DNA of 24,812 nt from Candidatus Heimdallarchaeota archaeon (GTDB lineage: Archaea; Asgardarchaeota; Heimdallarchaeia; Heimdallarchaeales; Heimdallarchaeaceae). The position numbers and the translations under genes are program-made. The notes beneath the pieces were generated by a model that was given only the letters and a program-made list of their open reading frames with translations, did no database searches and was not told where the DNA came from. Positions 1 through 8,526 of the stretch are shown in pieces; the stretch's first letter is position 1; every line of letters begins with the position of its first letter. The stretch covers positions 1 through 24,812 of the forward strand of contig DXJF01000096.1 in the NCBI GenBank assembly GCA_019057375.1, in the 5' to 3' direction.

Positions 1-285
1 ATGACAGAGATTTATTATGATCCTAGAGAGGGATATAAGATAATGCAAGAACTTACAGGAGTTCGTCCTGAATTCAGAGGAAAGGGATTAGGTAAAAGGC
101 TCAAAGCTCTGATGATTCTATACATAAGAGACACTTATCCTGATGTGGAAAGAATAATAACAGGGAATGCTGAAGCTAATGCACCAATGCTCTCAATAAA
201 TACAAGAATGGGATTCAAAAAGTACAAAGGCGGAGAAGGTTACAAGTTCAAAGTAGAAGACATTGCAAAGAGACTAGGATTGTAG
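1..285 (+). CDS. GNAT-family N-acetyltransferase, C-terminal part (probably 5'-truncated by the window edge)
   Basis: Acetyl-CoA-binding motif A (TGVRPEFRGKGLG) and motif B (NAPMLSINTRMGF). Confidence 0.85.
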   Translation: MTEIYYDPREGYKIMQELTGVRPEFRGKGLGKRLKALMILYIRDTYPDVERIITGNAEANAPMLSINTRMGFKKYKGGEGYKFKVEDIAKRLGL

Positions 286-346
286 CTGATTCTAAAAATC
301 CCTTATCTTTCCAAATGGCTTTTTTAATCAATAGAAAGAAGTAAGA

Positions 347-751
347 CTACTCAGACTGATTTCCACAGTTTGAACAGAATCTTACTTTTTGTTGCATCTT
401 CATCCCACAGTAAGAACAGAAGATCAGTTCATTATTAGTTCTGAAAGCTATTTCTTGTTGCCTTGCATATTCCTTCTCCTCTCTCTCAAAGAAAGGATTC
501 TTTGTAGGCTGGTAGGGTTCATATGTCTTTTGCTCAGTCTGATAACCCGACCTTTGCTCTGCTCTTCTCCTCCTAGAGTTGGAGGAAGCAGAAATAATGA
601 AAATAAATATCCCAACCCCTATAATAATGAATGGCCAATTCCAGATTCTAAGGTAACCAGTGTATATCCCTAGGAAAATTGCTATTCCTAATAATAAGAA
701 CATTATTGAAGCAAATCCACCTGTTCTATGTCTGTTTCTATGTGTGTGCAT
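347..751 (-). CDS. Membrane protein with two N-terminal TM helices and a C-terminal zinc ribbon
   Basis: Two hydrophobic segments, then CSYCG...CSNCG (CxxC-x10-CxxC). Confidence 0.75.
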   Translation of the reverse strand: MHTHRNRHRTGGFASIMFLLLGIAIFLGIYTGYLRIWNWPFIIIGVGIFIFIISASSNSRRRRAEQRSGYQTEQKTYEPYQPTKNPFFEREEKEYARQQEIAFRTNNELIFCSYCGMKMQQKVRFCSNCGNQSE

Positions 752-866
752 TTCTGTCTATGGTAATCTGTACATGGACTTTAATAAAGCAAACCAAATG
801 AAATCTAGAAATGATGCTTACTATAGCAAACTATTTTGAATATCTATTTAGCTAATCTTAATCTAA

Positions 867-1790
867 TTGATTTCCAAAATGATAAACTCCACATCCTTTA
901 AAAAAAATGAGGAGAGTATGTATGCAATGAGATATCAAAAACTATTGAGAATATTAGAAGTAGTTTTTCTATCATTTGCGATTATTGGTTCCACAACATA
1001 TTACTTTTCTCCAATGAGTATTGGTTTTCGAGATACTTCATTAAACGTTAGGAAAGGAGATAGTTTAATACTGACAATCGATGAATATGATTTAGATTTT
1101 ACAATAACTGGGAACACTTCATTATATCTGATAACTGCAGGAATTTTCCTCTATCCTTTTCTAGATGATAATTTTCAAGTTTTTGAGGAAGCTTCAACTG
1201 AAGAATTAAGTGAGAGAAATATAGAGCTATTTATTGGAAACACAACTAGCGATTTAATCTACAATTTCAATGTTCTCGAAAAAATAGATGATGATCATGT
1301 TTTAATAAACTTAGAAGATTTAGACATCAATTTTACATTATGGCTTGGTGAGTATTACAAAGCTCATAATGCTTTTGCTCACCCATATATGAATATAGGA
1401 TTAGTTATTAGACCCCTCACAAATCTTTCAATAAGCTACATTTATTGGAAACCTATTGCAATCTTCTCAAGCTCAACTACTAGAGAAGCATTAAACTGGA
1501 TGAGTAGAAAAACCCCTCAGATTGCGAATTTTGAAGTGTATAAGCTAAATAAAAATCAATTCTTTTCTCATTCAGGAACTTGCACAAGTAGCCATGAATG
1601 GAACTTTGATGCAAATACAACTTGGTCTTTGTTCCCAAATAGAAATAAAATTCAATATGTGACAATAAAAGACGTAAACTTGCAAAACTGGAATGAAATT
1701 TACTCAAATGTTACAGTAGAAGTTAACGCTAATCTCAACTGGATATTCAATTTGACTTTACAACTTGAATGGCAATATGGAGGAAACTAG
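867..1790 (+). CDS. Hypothetical protein with an N-terminal signal/TM anchor; likely true start is ATG 918 or 927
   Basis: 307-aa ORF; hydrophobic ILEVVFLSFAIIG segment; GAGGAG at 909-914 before ATG 918; Asn/Thr/aromatic-rich body. No family recognised. Confidence 0.65.
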   Translation: MISKMINSTSFKKNEESMYAMRYQKLLRILEVVFLSFAIIGSTTYYFSPMSIGFRDTSLNVRKGDSLILTIDEYDLDFTITGNTSLYLITAGIFLYPFLDDNFQVFEEASTEELSERNIELFIGNTTSDLIYNFNVLEKIDDDHVLINLEDLDINFTLWLGEYYKAHNAFAHPYMNIGLVIRPLTNLSISYIYWKPIAIFSSSTTREALNWMSRKTPQIANFEVYKLNKNQFFSHSGTCTSSHEWNFDANTTWSLFPNRNKIQYVTIKDVNLQNWNEIYSNVTVEVNANLNWIFNLTLQLEWQYGGN

Positions 1791-1792
1791 AT

Positions 1793-2449
1793 ATGAAATT
1801 TGACAATATCACTTATATTTTATATTCTTTAGTTGGAATTGAATTAATAATAGGTCTTATTTTAAAAATGTATATACTAGTTCTAGTATGTTTAGTATTT
1901 GCATTCATCGCAGGTAGTTTTAGAGCTTTAAGTCTTATTAAATTTAAGAAGAAGATTCAAAGAAAAATGGACTGGAAAGATGTACGTACACTCTTATACG
2001 ATCTGCTAACAGAAAAAAAGATTCTAATTACAGAAACAGCAAAGGAAACAACTCCTAAGGATGTTCCTCTTATAGATAACTTGGAAGATGTTAAAGATGC
2101 TACACTTCTAGAATACCAAGATCTGATATTAGATGTTAGAAATATTGGCTTAGATGGTATCTTATGTTTGATTTTTCTTATGCAGCAAGAACCATCTATT
2201 ACTTCAGTTAGAGTCATCAAGCGTGTTTTAAAAATACCTATTGTTTCCTTATACAGAAACCTACGAAAAATTCAAGAGAATGGATTGGTAACAATTCATT
2301 ACGTTACAAATCAACCAGAGAAGGCTTTTTACAGAATCACAGATGAGGGAATTTCGACAATTTTGCAATTGTATGAAATACTAGGTGGAGATATTGCTTT
2401 ACCTACTAGAAGTAAAATTGATAAATCCGTTGCTTCTGAATCAACTTAA
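1793..2449 (+). CDS. Membrane-anchored winged-helix (PadR/MarR/ArsR-like) protein
   Basis: GGAGG at 1779-1783 supports ATG 1793 (ORF track starts at 1769). Two N-terminal TM helices; C-terminal wHTH pattern SLYRNLRKIQENGLV...KAFYRITDEG. Confidence 0.7.
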   Translation: MKFDNITYILYSLVGIELIIGLILKMYILVLVCLVFAFIAGSFRALSLIKFKKKIQRKMDWKDVRTLLYDLLTEKKILITETAKETTPKDVPLIDNLEDVKDATLLEYQDLILDVRNIGLDGILCLIFLMQQEPSITSVRVIKRVLKIPIVSLYRNLRKIQENGLVTIHYVTNQPEKAFYRITDEGISTILQLYEILGGDIALPTRSKIDKSVASEST

Positions 2450-2521
2450 TTTACAACTAATAAGTAGTACTGAAATCCAGAAGCCTTTTATCCTTTTCTT
2501 CCATTTGAGCAATTGGTCAAT

Positions 2522-3055
2522 ATGAATTTATCTGAGATTGTTCTAAATAGATACAAACTTTTACAGAATTTTCGTCAGACAGTCTGGAAGGATTTAACTG
2601 ATTCTAGCTTCAATCAGGAGTGGTTTGTCACAAGACCATCTGAACATCAGTGGTCTATCGATGAGCTTCTTCGTCACATGTTAGCTTCAGAGGTAAGATA
2701 TATTCAACAGAGCATAGACGATTCCATAGAACAACACCCTGTAGGAGTTCCAGCTCAGTGGGTAGGGAACATTTTCTTCAGACTTGAAGAGAAGGAACAT
2801 ATGAATTTTGAAGAGTTAAAGGAAATGTTTCCTGAGGTTGAGAAAAAATCTATCGAAATATTTGAGAAATTAACTGAAGATGATTTCGGAAAAATAGTAA
2901 AAGCTCCATGGGGGCAAGAACTTCCCTATTATGATTTGTTAGAAGTCTTCTTTGCTCATGAACACAATCACAGAGGGCAAGTGAAATTCTTGATTACCTA
3001 CTATAGGGGGCCTCCTGAATTTGAGCAAAAAGATGAAAATGTAAACTATGGTTAG
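2522..3055 (+). CDS. DinB/YfiT-like superfamily protein
   Basis: WSIDELLRHM N-terminal motif and HEHNHRGQ C-terminal His motif. ATG at 2522 (ORF track starts at TTG 2513). Confidence 0.8.
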   Translation: MNLSEIVLNRYKLLQNFRQTVWKDLTDSSFNQEWFVTRPSEHQWSIDELLRHMLASEVRYIQQSIDDSIEQHPVGVPAQWVGNIFFRLEEKEHMNFEELKEMFPEVEKKSIEIFEKLTEDDFGKIVKAPWGQELPYYDLLEVFFAHEHNHRGQVKFLITYYRGPPEFEQKDENVNYG

Positions 3056-3073
3056 ATTGGAGGAAAAAGAGAG

Positions 3074-4552
3074 TTATTTATTCTTCTTGGTTTTCTTAAT
3101 CGCTCTAAATCCAGTAAATAGACCAACCAAGATTCCTAGACTGAAAGTTATCCCAGTTCCAATAAAGAAGTGTAACCCATTTTGTGATAAAGCTGAGCTA
3201 ATTATCACCATAACTATTCCACTAAAGAAATCTATATTCCCTTCTAAAAAATCTAGAAAAGATCCGATTGCTTCAAATCCTTCTCCTTTGCCTTTCATTC
3301 TAATTATCGTATCTGTTATGATTAACCCTGCTAATCCCCAGATTGCACTTAAGTTGCTTAAACAAAAAGTTTGGTTTGGACTAAGTAAGTAAAACATTGC
3401 ATTTCCTAAGAAACCAAATCCAAGATATAGTGTTGGAAGTACCCATATTGGAGAAGTTCTCTCCACCCTTCTTCCATAAACGAACAAACACCATAGAAAG
3501 GTTATCAGAACGATAATTCCAGAATAAATCTGTAACCCTGGTATAGAAGATAGAAAACTAATGTCATCTAAAAAAGAAGATCCATAGGTATAGAAAACGC
3601 TCGCAAAGATATGCCAGATTCCACTACTCACCACGTCACCATTGTTCTGAGCTGAGAGCACTTCATACCCTCCTTGCATTGAAAAGATGACTATGAAAGT
3701 AACAATGTATGCTCCTATAAACGAAAGTGTTAACCAGTAATTCCTGAAAGTGAGTTTAATGAAAGGAATTATTTTCTTATGTATAAAACCTGTTTTAGGA
3801 TACTTATACCCTAACTTTTTAGCCATTTCATAGTCTTTTTGAGCCTCATCAAATCTACCCATTTTTGCATATACTTCGGATCTTGTTTTATAGAAAACAT
3901 TATTTGAAGAATCTAGTTCTATCGCTTCATAAAGATAATTGATAGCATCTTTCAATCGTTCTTGTTCTGAATAGATTATGGCTATATTAGCATGAGCCCA
4001 GCTATTTTTGTTGTTGAGCTTAATTGCATCCTCAAAATCATAGATAGCTTTATCGTATTCTTTGAGATACATTCTTGCACCACCTCTATTATGGAAAAAT
4101 TGGTCTTCAGATTGATCATATTGTAGTGCTTTGTCAAAATTCTCTAGAGCTTTTTCCATCTCCATTCTTTGATAGTAAATTACACCTATATTTTCATATG
4201 CCCAAGCATAATCAGGTTTAAGTTCAATAGCTTTTTCATAACTCTTTATTGCATGATCAAACTTTTTTGTACTGAAATAAACGTTTGCCAAATTATGATG
4301 AAACAGAAAATTACTATCGTCAAGTTCAATAGCTTTTTTGAGATCTACGAGAGCTTTACCAAATTTGTTCTGATCGAAGAACATCCTCCCTCTGTTACCT
4401 AAAGCTCGAGCATTAGAAGGATCAAGTTCTACAGCTTTGTTAAAACTGGTAAAGGCTTGGTCTTTGTCTCCCTTCTTATAAAACACTATACCCTCCTCAA
4501 CAAGTTTCTCAGCATCTTGACTCATTTTCATACTCTGTTGACTATTTAACAT
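3074..4552 (-). CDS. TPR-repeat protein fused to a C-terminal rhomboid-like membrane domain, probably catalytically inactive
   Basis: Seven consecutive ~34-aa TPRs (e.g. ARALGNRGRMFFDQNKFGKALVDLKKAIELDDSN), then about six TM helices with rhomboid-like landmarks: WHIFASVF, LFVYGRRVER, YLGFGFLGN, SAIWGLAG. Confidence 0.75.
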   Translation of the reverse strand: MLNSQQSMKMSQDAEKLVEEGIVFYKKGDKDQAFTSFNKAVELDPSNARALGNRGRMFFDQNKFGKALVDLKKAIELDDSNFLFHHNLANVYFSTKKFDHAIKSYEKAIELKPDYAWAYENIGVIYYQRMEMEKALENFDKALQYDQSEDQFFHNRGGARMYLKEYDKAIYDFEDAIKLNNKNSWAHANIAIIYSEQERLKDAINYLYEAIELDSSNNVFYKTRSEVYAKMGRFDEAQKDYEMAKKLGYKYPKTGFIHKKIIPFIKLTFRNYWLTLSFIGAYIVTFIVIFSMQGGYEVLSAQNNGDVVSSGIWHIFASVFYTYGSSFLDDISFLSSIPGLQIYSGIIVLITFLWCLFVYGRRVERTSPIWVLPTLYLGFGFLGNAMFYLLSPNQTFCLSNLSAIWGLAGLIITDTIIRMKGKGEGFEAIGSFLDFLEGNIDFFSGIVMVIISSALSQNGLHFFIGTGITFSLGILVGLFTGFRAIKKTKKNK

Positions 4553-4664
4553 ATAAATCTAGTGCAGAAATATATTATATAGTGAAAGAAGGCATCAACA
4601 ATGATGTCAAACATGCTTTTAGGTGTATTTTAAAATAAATTCTTGTCTCTAAATTTAACCGATA

Positions 4665-5210
4665 CTATCTATTTTTTCCTATTCTTGGTATTGGAACCCA
4701 TTTTGGTACATCTTCTTTATATTTTTCAAACTCCTCCTCAAATTGTTCTGTTAGCAGTTTCTCCTCATGTGACGCTATGAAATCATAAAATATGACAATA
4801 ATCACAAGTAAACCCAAGGAAGCTAATGATAAAGTAATTACTGTAAGTCCTAAGTACAGAAGAATGGTTCCAAAATAAACAGGATGTCTTGTATATTTGA
4901 ATACTCCAGTTTTGATAACTTCAGGAGGGTCTCTAACTTCTCCAAAAATCTGTCTTAAACCCTTGTAAGCTAAGAAAGATGAGAAAAGAAGTATTAAGCC
5001 ACCTATTGGAGCACTGACATAAATTGGGATATATTCAGATAGAAATGTCGAAAATCGAAGATAAAAGGAATCTATTCCCCACAAAACGGTGAAAAGAGCT
5101 AAGAAAATTATTTGCCCGATATCACCATATTTGTATTCGCCTGAGAGATCATGTCTGTCCTCGTAACGATGATGTTTATGAGCTTCGGTTTTACCTTCTT
5201 TATCATCCAT
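4665..5210 (-). CDS. Isoprenylcysteine carboxyl methyltransferase / phospholipid methyltransferase (ICMT/PEMT) family membrane protein
   Basis: GVFKYTRHPVYFG motif, HEEKLL...FEEEFEKYKEDVPKWVP C-terminal motif, several TM helices. Confidence 0.85.
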   Translation of the reverse strand: MDDKEGKTEAHKHHRYEDRHDLSGEYKYGDIGQIIFLALFTVLWGIDSFYLRFSTFLSEYIPIYVSAPIGGLILLFSSFLAYKGLRQIFGEVRDPPEVIKTGVFKYTRHPVYFGTILLYLGLTVITLSLASLGLLVIIVIFYDFIASHEEKLLTEQFEEEFEKYKEDVPKWVPIPRIGKNR

Positions 5211-5269
5211 TAAAAAGAACTAACCTTTGCTCTATTTAACTGTTAGGAAAAATAGCATATTGTTTTTCT

Positions 5270-5331
5270 TGGTCACTGAGTGAGCACTTTTTCCCACTAC
5301 CCTCTAATTGAGTGACCAGTTAGTGTTAACA
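5270..5331. promoter_or_regulatory. Nested inverted/direct repeat element upstream of the small ORF (candidate operator or structured leader)
   Basis: TGGTCACT (5270-5277) and AGTGACCA (5311-5318) form a perfect 8-bp inverted repeat; TCACT-G-AGTGA palindrome at 5273-5283; TGAGTGA direct repeat at 5277 and 5309; TGTTAACA palindrome at 5324-5331. Confidence 0.35.
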
Positions 5332-5344
5332 TAGGTGCAAAAAA

Positions 5345-5467
5345 ATGGCAGAAAAAGTTAAAATTGAAAAAACTGAAAACAAATACGAACAAATTTACAG
5401 AGAAAGAACTAGAAAGGTTGAAACAAAAGCAATCGGCTACCTTAATGGTCACACCTTTACCTACTAA
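5345..5467 (+). CDS. Small 40-aa hypothetical protein MAEKVKIEKTENKYEQIYRERTRKVETKAIGYLNGHTFTY (not in ORF track)
   Basis: ATG 5345 to TAA 5467, translated by hand; AGGTG SD-like motif at 5333-5337; fills an otherwise empty intergenic gap. Confidence 0.55.
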   Translation: MAEKVKIEKTENKYEQIYRERTRKVETKAIGYLNGHTFTY

Positions 5468-5494
5468 CTTTTCTTTGTTATCTTTCTGAATTCT

Positions 5495-7126
5495 TTATTT
5501 TATTCTTGAAGGATTTAGTAGAACTTTCATTTTAGATCTATTAGTAAAGTAGGAGATTAGAGGGAACATGATTCTGGCTGTTCTTTGCCATGGTTTGAAT
5601 CTTTTACTGATATGTTTTCCTACATTCATTCCTGAAAAGAAACAAGGTGCAACTCCACCTCCGTCTATGTTTGCACCAGCAAGAAAAAGCTTCCTTATTG
5701 GAGGTTGAATCTTGATATTTAATCCTCCCATCTTTGGACCATACCATGCTCCTTGGGTATTTAGTGAAAATCGTTCAAATGTCAATGGTGTTGAAACTAG
5801 TTTTAGAGTTATATGTTCAGATAAGTCTGGAATCAAATTCTCAGCTAGTTTAATCAACATATCTGCATAATTCTCTTTTGTTCTCTTATACTTTTCAGGA
5901 TCATTTTTGTTCCATTTATGAGCCCAGTTATAAGGAGCAAATGATAATAAGATAACAGAAGATTTACCTTCATTTAGTAAATCGGAATCTATTTTTGAAG
6001 GTATTCTAATCAGTACTTCTTTGGGGTCAAAGATACCATTTAAAGTATTTTTAATAAGTTTTTCAGCATCCACGTTATAAGCCATGTGAGAAGGATAGCC
6101 TTTAAGCTCTTTATCCAAGCCTAAGAATACAGCAAAACCAGATACGGATTGATCTTTCTTAAGCACTTTTCCAAGATAAGAATTTGGAAACTTTTTCATA
6201 TTGACATATTCAAAGACTGTCCTCTTGAGATCAGCATTTGAAATTATCCATTTCCCATGAATTACTGTCCCATCCTTTAATCCTACTCCAATAGCTTTCC
6301 TTCTTTTAGTAAGAATCTGAGTTACTCTTTTTTTGTATTGTATTTCTCCTCCACGTTTAACAAATGTTTCAGTTAAGCCTTGAGCAAATGCAAACATCCC
6401 ACCTTTTGGGTAATAATGCCCATTAAAGATTGGAGAAAAGAATGATACTGCAGCAGATACTGCTTTTATATCTTCAGGAGGTATTCCATACCATAAACTG
6501 TAAATTGCAAGTACTTTGATTAATTCTGGATCACTAAAGGAGTCTTCTAAGAATTTTTTGTAAGATTTCAAAGCCAATTTACGCATTGTAGGACGACGAA
6601 AAACTATTTTTATTAATTCTCTAAAAGAAGGCTCCAAACCATCCTTTATAGAAGAGTCATACTCTTTTTGTAAAGCTATTATGATTTCAAAGAATTTTAC
6701 TATTTCCTCCTCACTATCAGGAAAATTTCTGATAAGCTCTTGTTGATATCTATCAGGATCAGGATAGAGAGCAATTGATTTATCTTCATAGTGAAGAACT
6801 TCTATGGGATCAATAGAGAGATACTCTAATTTAACACCAAGTCCGTCTATTGCTTTTCTAAAGTTTTGATTTTCTCCAGCAAATACTAAACCTTCTGCGC
6901 CTGAATCAAAGTAGTAACCTTTTCTTCTAAATCCACTAATATACCCACCTGGGGCATTGTGTTGCTCAAGAATTAAAGTATTTAATTCAGGTCTAAGAGT
7001 TTGTAAGGTAAGGCCTGCGGATAAACCGCCAACTCCAGATCCAATAATTATAACATCGTATTTAGCAGGAGATTCAGACATAGTATCTTGTTTCTCCCGC
7101 ACTGGGTCATTCATAAAGTACAGCAT
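5495..7126 (-). CDS. FAD-dependent oxidoreductase, phytoene desaturase / retinol saturase family; start may be ATG 7114 or 7081
   Basis: N-terminal Rossmann motif IIIGSGVGGL, EQHNAPGGY, FDSGA, YYPKGG, STPLTFERF and LFLAGA...GGGV motifs. Confidence 0.85.
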   Translation of the reverse strand: MLYFMNDPVREKQDTMSESPAKYDVIIIGSGVGGLSAGLTLQTLRPELNTLILEQHNAPGGYISGFRRKGYYFDSGAEGLVFAGENQNFRKAIDGLGVKLEYLSIDPIEVLHYEDKSIALYPDPDRYQQELIRNFPDSEEEIVKFFEIIIALQKEYDSSIKDGLEPSFRELIKIVFRRPTMRKLALKSYKKFLEDSFSDPELIKVLAIYSLWYGIPPEDIKAVSAAVSFFSPIFNGHYYPKGGMFAFAQGLTETFVKRGGEIQYKKRVTQILTKRRKAIGVGLKDGTVIHGKWIISNADLKRTVFEYVNMKKFPNSYLGKVLKKDQSVSGFAVFLGLDKELKGYPSHMAYNVDAEKLIKNTLNGIFDPKEVLIRIPSKIDSDLLNEGKSSVILLSFAPYNWAHKWNKNDPEKYKRTKENYADMLIKLAENLIPDLSEHITLKLVSTPLTFERFSLNTQGAWYGPKMGGLNIKIQPPIRKLFLAGANIDGGGVAPCFFSGMNVGKHISKRFKPWQRTARIMFPLISYFTNRSKMKVLLNPSRIK

Positions 7127-7144
7127 GTAACGAAAAAATTTTGA

Positions 7145-8011
7145 TTAAATCTGCTCCCAAAACTCTTTATCAGGATGTTCTATCTTTTCCACAAATCGTT
7201 TATCGTTCCAACAGAAATCGCAATAGGAATTCCCCATCATTATTGACCTTTCCCTAGTTAATATAAATTTTTCATTCATCCTTTTAGTTCTATGAAAATC
7301 AGGATAACATTCAACTATGTATGCAAATTCTCTTTCAAAATCCTTGTCAAAAGATTTCAAAGCTTCCTCGCTCATGCATCTAGTAATTTTCATCCCCATC
7401 TTCCCTTCTTGAATTTTGAAAGTAGTGAAATCATGTGTTTTATCACTCTCTCTCTCATAGAGGGCTAGTATTTCTTCTACCATTGTTAAAGGAGGGGGTC
7501 TTGTTTCTGTAATTTCATATTCTGAATCGACAAATTTTTTGAAAAACTCTGAAGCTTCTTCTATAGGCATTATTTCTTTGAACGTAACAGCCATCAAATA
7601 CTGAGGAATCATACTTCCCCGCATTTTATCGAAAAGTGTGATTCTCATCCTTCGGACAGATTTTCCTTCATAATACTTGTGAAGATTGAGAGAAATCTTT
7701 GTCACTTCAATCATCTTATTTCTCAAGAGTCTAAAGAAATCAACAAGAAGCATCTTACCATCTTTCTCTTTCAATCTATAATTTCTCAGAAGTGCTGATA
7801 GAGCAGAAGAAACTTCTTCTTCTTGTTTTATTATTTTTGAAAGTCTGTTCCCTAAAGCTCTGATATAAGGTAAGAAGAAATCAGGATGATTATTAACTAA
7901 ATATTCCAAAATAGAGTTTAGACGCATGAGAACTCTATTGACGAAATTCTTCAAATGGAAATCCACTTCATGATTTTCATCATAATTAGCATTCTCAGAG
8001 CGAATAATCAC
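7145..8011 (-). CDS. L-2-amino-thiazoline-4-carboxylic acid hydrolase-like family protein
   Basis: C-terminal ITRCM...ECYPDF...LTRERSIMMGNSYCDFCW Cys pattern of this family; GTG start. Confidence 0.7.
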   Translation of the reverse strand: MIIRSENANYDENHEVDFHLKNFVNRVLMRLNSILEYLVNNHPDFFLPYIRALGNRLSKIIKQEEEVSSALSALLRNYRLKEKDGKMLLVDFFRLLRNKMIEVTKISLNLHKYYEGKSVRRMRITLFDKMRGSMIPQYLMAVTFKEIMPIEEASEFFKKFVDSEYEITETRPPPLTMVEEILALYERESDKTHDFTTFKIQEGKMGMKITRCMSEEALKSFDKDFEREFAYIVECYPDFHRTKRMNEKFILTRERSIMMGNSYCDFCWNDKRFVEKIEHPDKEFWEQI

Positions 8012-8063
8012 AGATATTTAGTAGCTGTAACATTTATATTTCTTTTCTGTCTCTAACAAGAAT

Positions 8064-8414
8064 CTATTTTTTAGATTTCAGAGCTTCTTTTCTTACAAAA
8101 CTAATAGATTCTTCTATTAATCCTAATTCTTCTCCGAATCTTTCAGGATCATCTTTTGTCAAATGAACCCATTGTCTCATCTTATTCCCTAAAGGAGCGA
8201 AAAAATCGAATCCATCTTCATTATCTATCAATTGTTTACATCTCTCTTCAGGAAGTTTTAGAACTAATCCTGATTCAAAGACACTAGCAAATAACTTTCC
8301 TATAACATAGTAACCCGGAAGTCCAAAAGCATTTCCTGGATATACATCAGGATTATCGAGAATTATTGGATCTATTATCTCTTTCAAATCTTCATCATAA
8401 GTAAGCTTAGGCAT
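8064..8414 (-). CDS. TfoX-N / MmcQ-YjbR-like small protein
   Basis: FGLPGYYVIGKLFA, LVLKLP and KMRQWV motifs. Confidence 0.6.
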   Translation of the reverse strand: MPKLTYDEDLKEIIDPIILDNPDVYPGNAFGLPGYYVIGKLFASVFESGLVLKLPEERCKQLIDNEDGFDFFAPLGNKMRQWVHLTKDDPERFGEELGLIEESISFVRKEALKSKK

Positions 8415-8526
8415 AGAAATTTGTTTTTTTTAATACTATTTAAAACTAGAGTAATTCTAATAAATATCACATTTGAAGCGATACCTTACACATAATTTTT
8501 ATCTATGATTAAGTTTATACTTATTC

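Noticed and set aside
389-673. 94-aa + strand ORF
   Set aside because: Antisense shadow of the zinc-ribbon gene; no motifs.
3048-3392. 114-aa + strand ORF, and similar short antisense ORFs at 1480, 1957, 4169, 12564, 13056, 14502, 15780, 17102, 17277, 18021, 19100, 19351, 20524, 21662, 22473, 22985, 23511 and 23848
   Set aside because: All overlap well-supported genes on the opposite strand and lack recognisable motifs.
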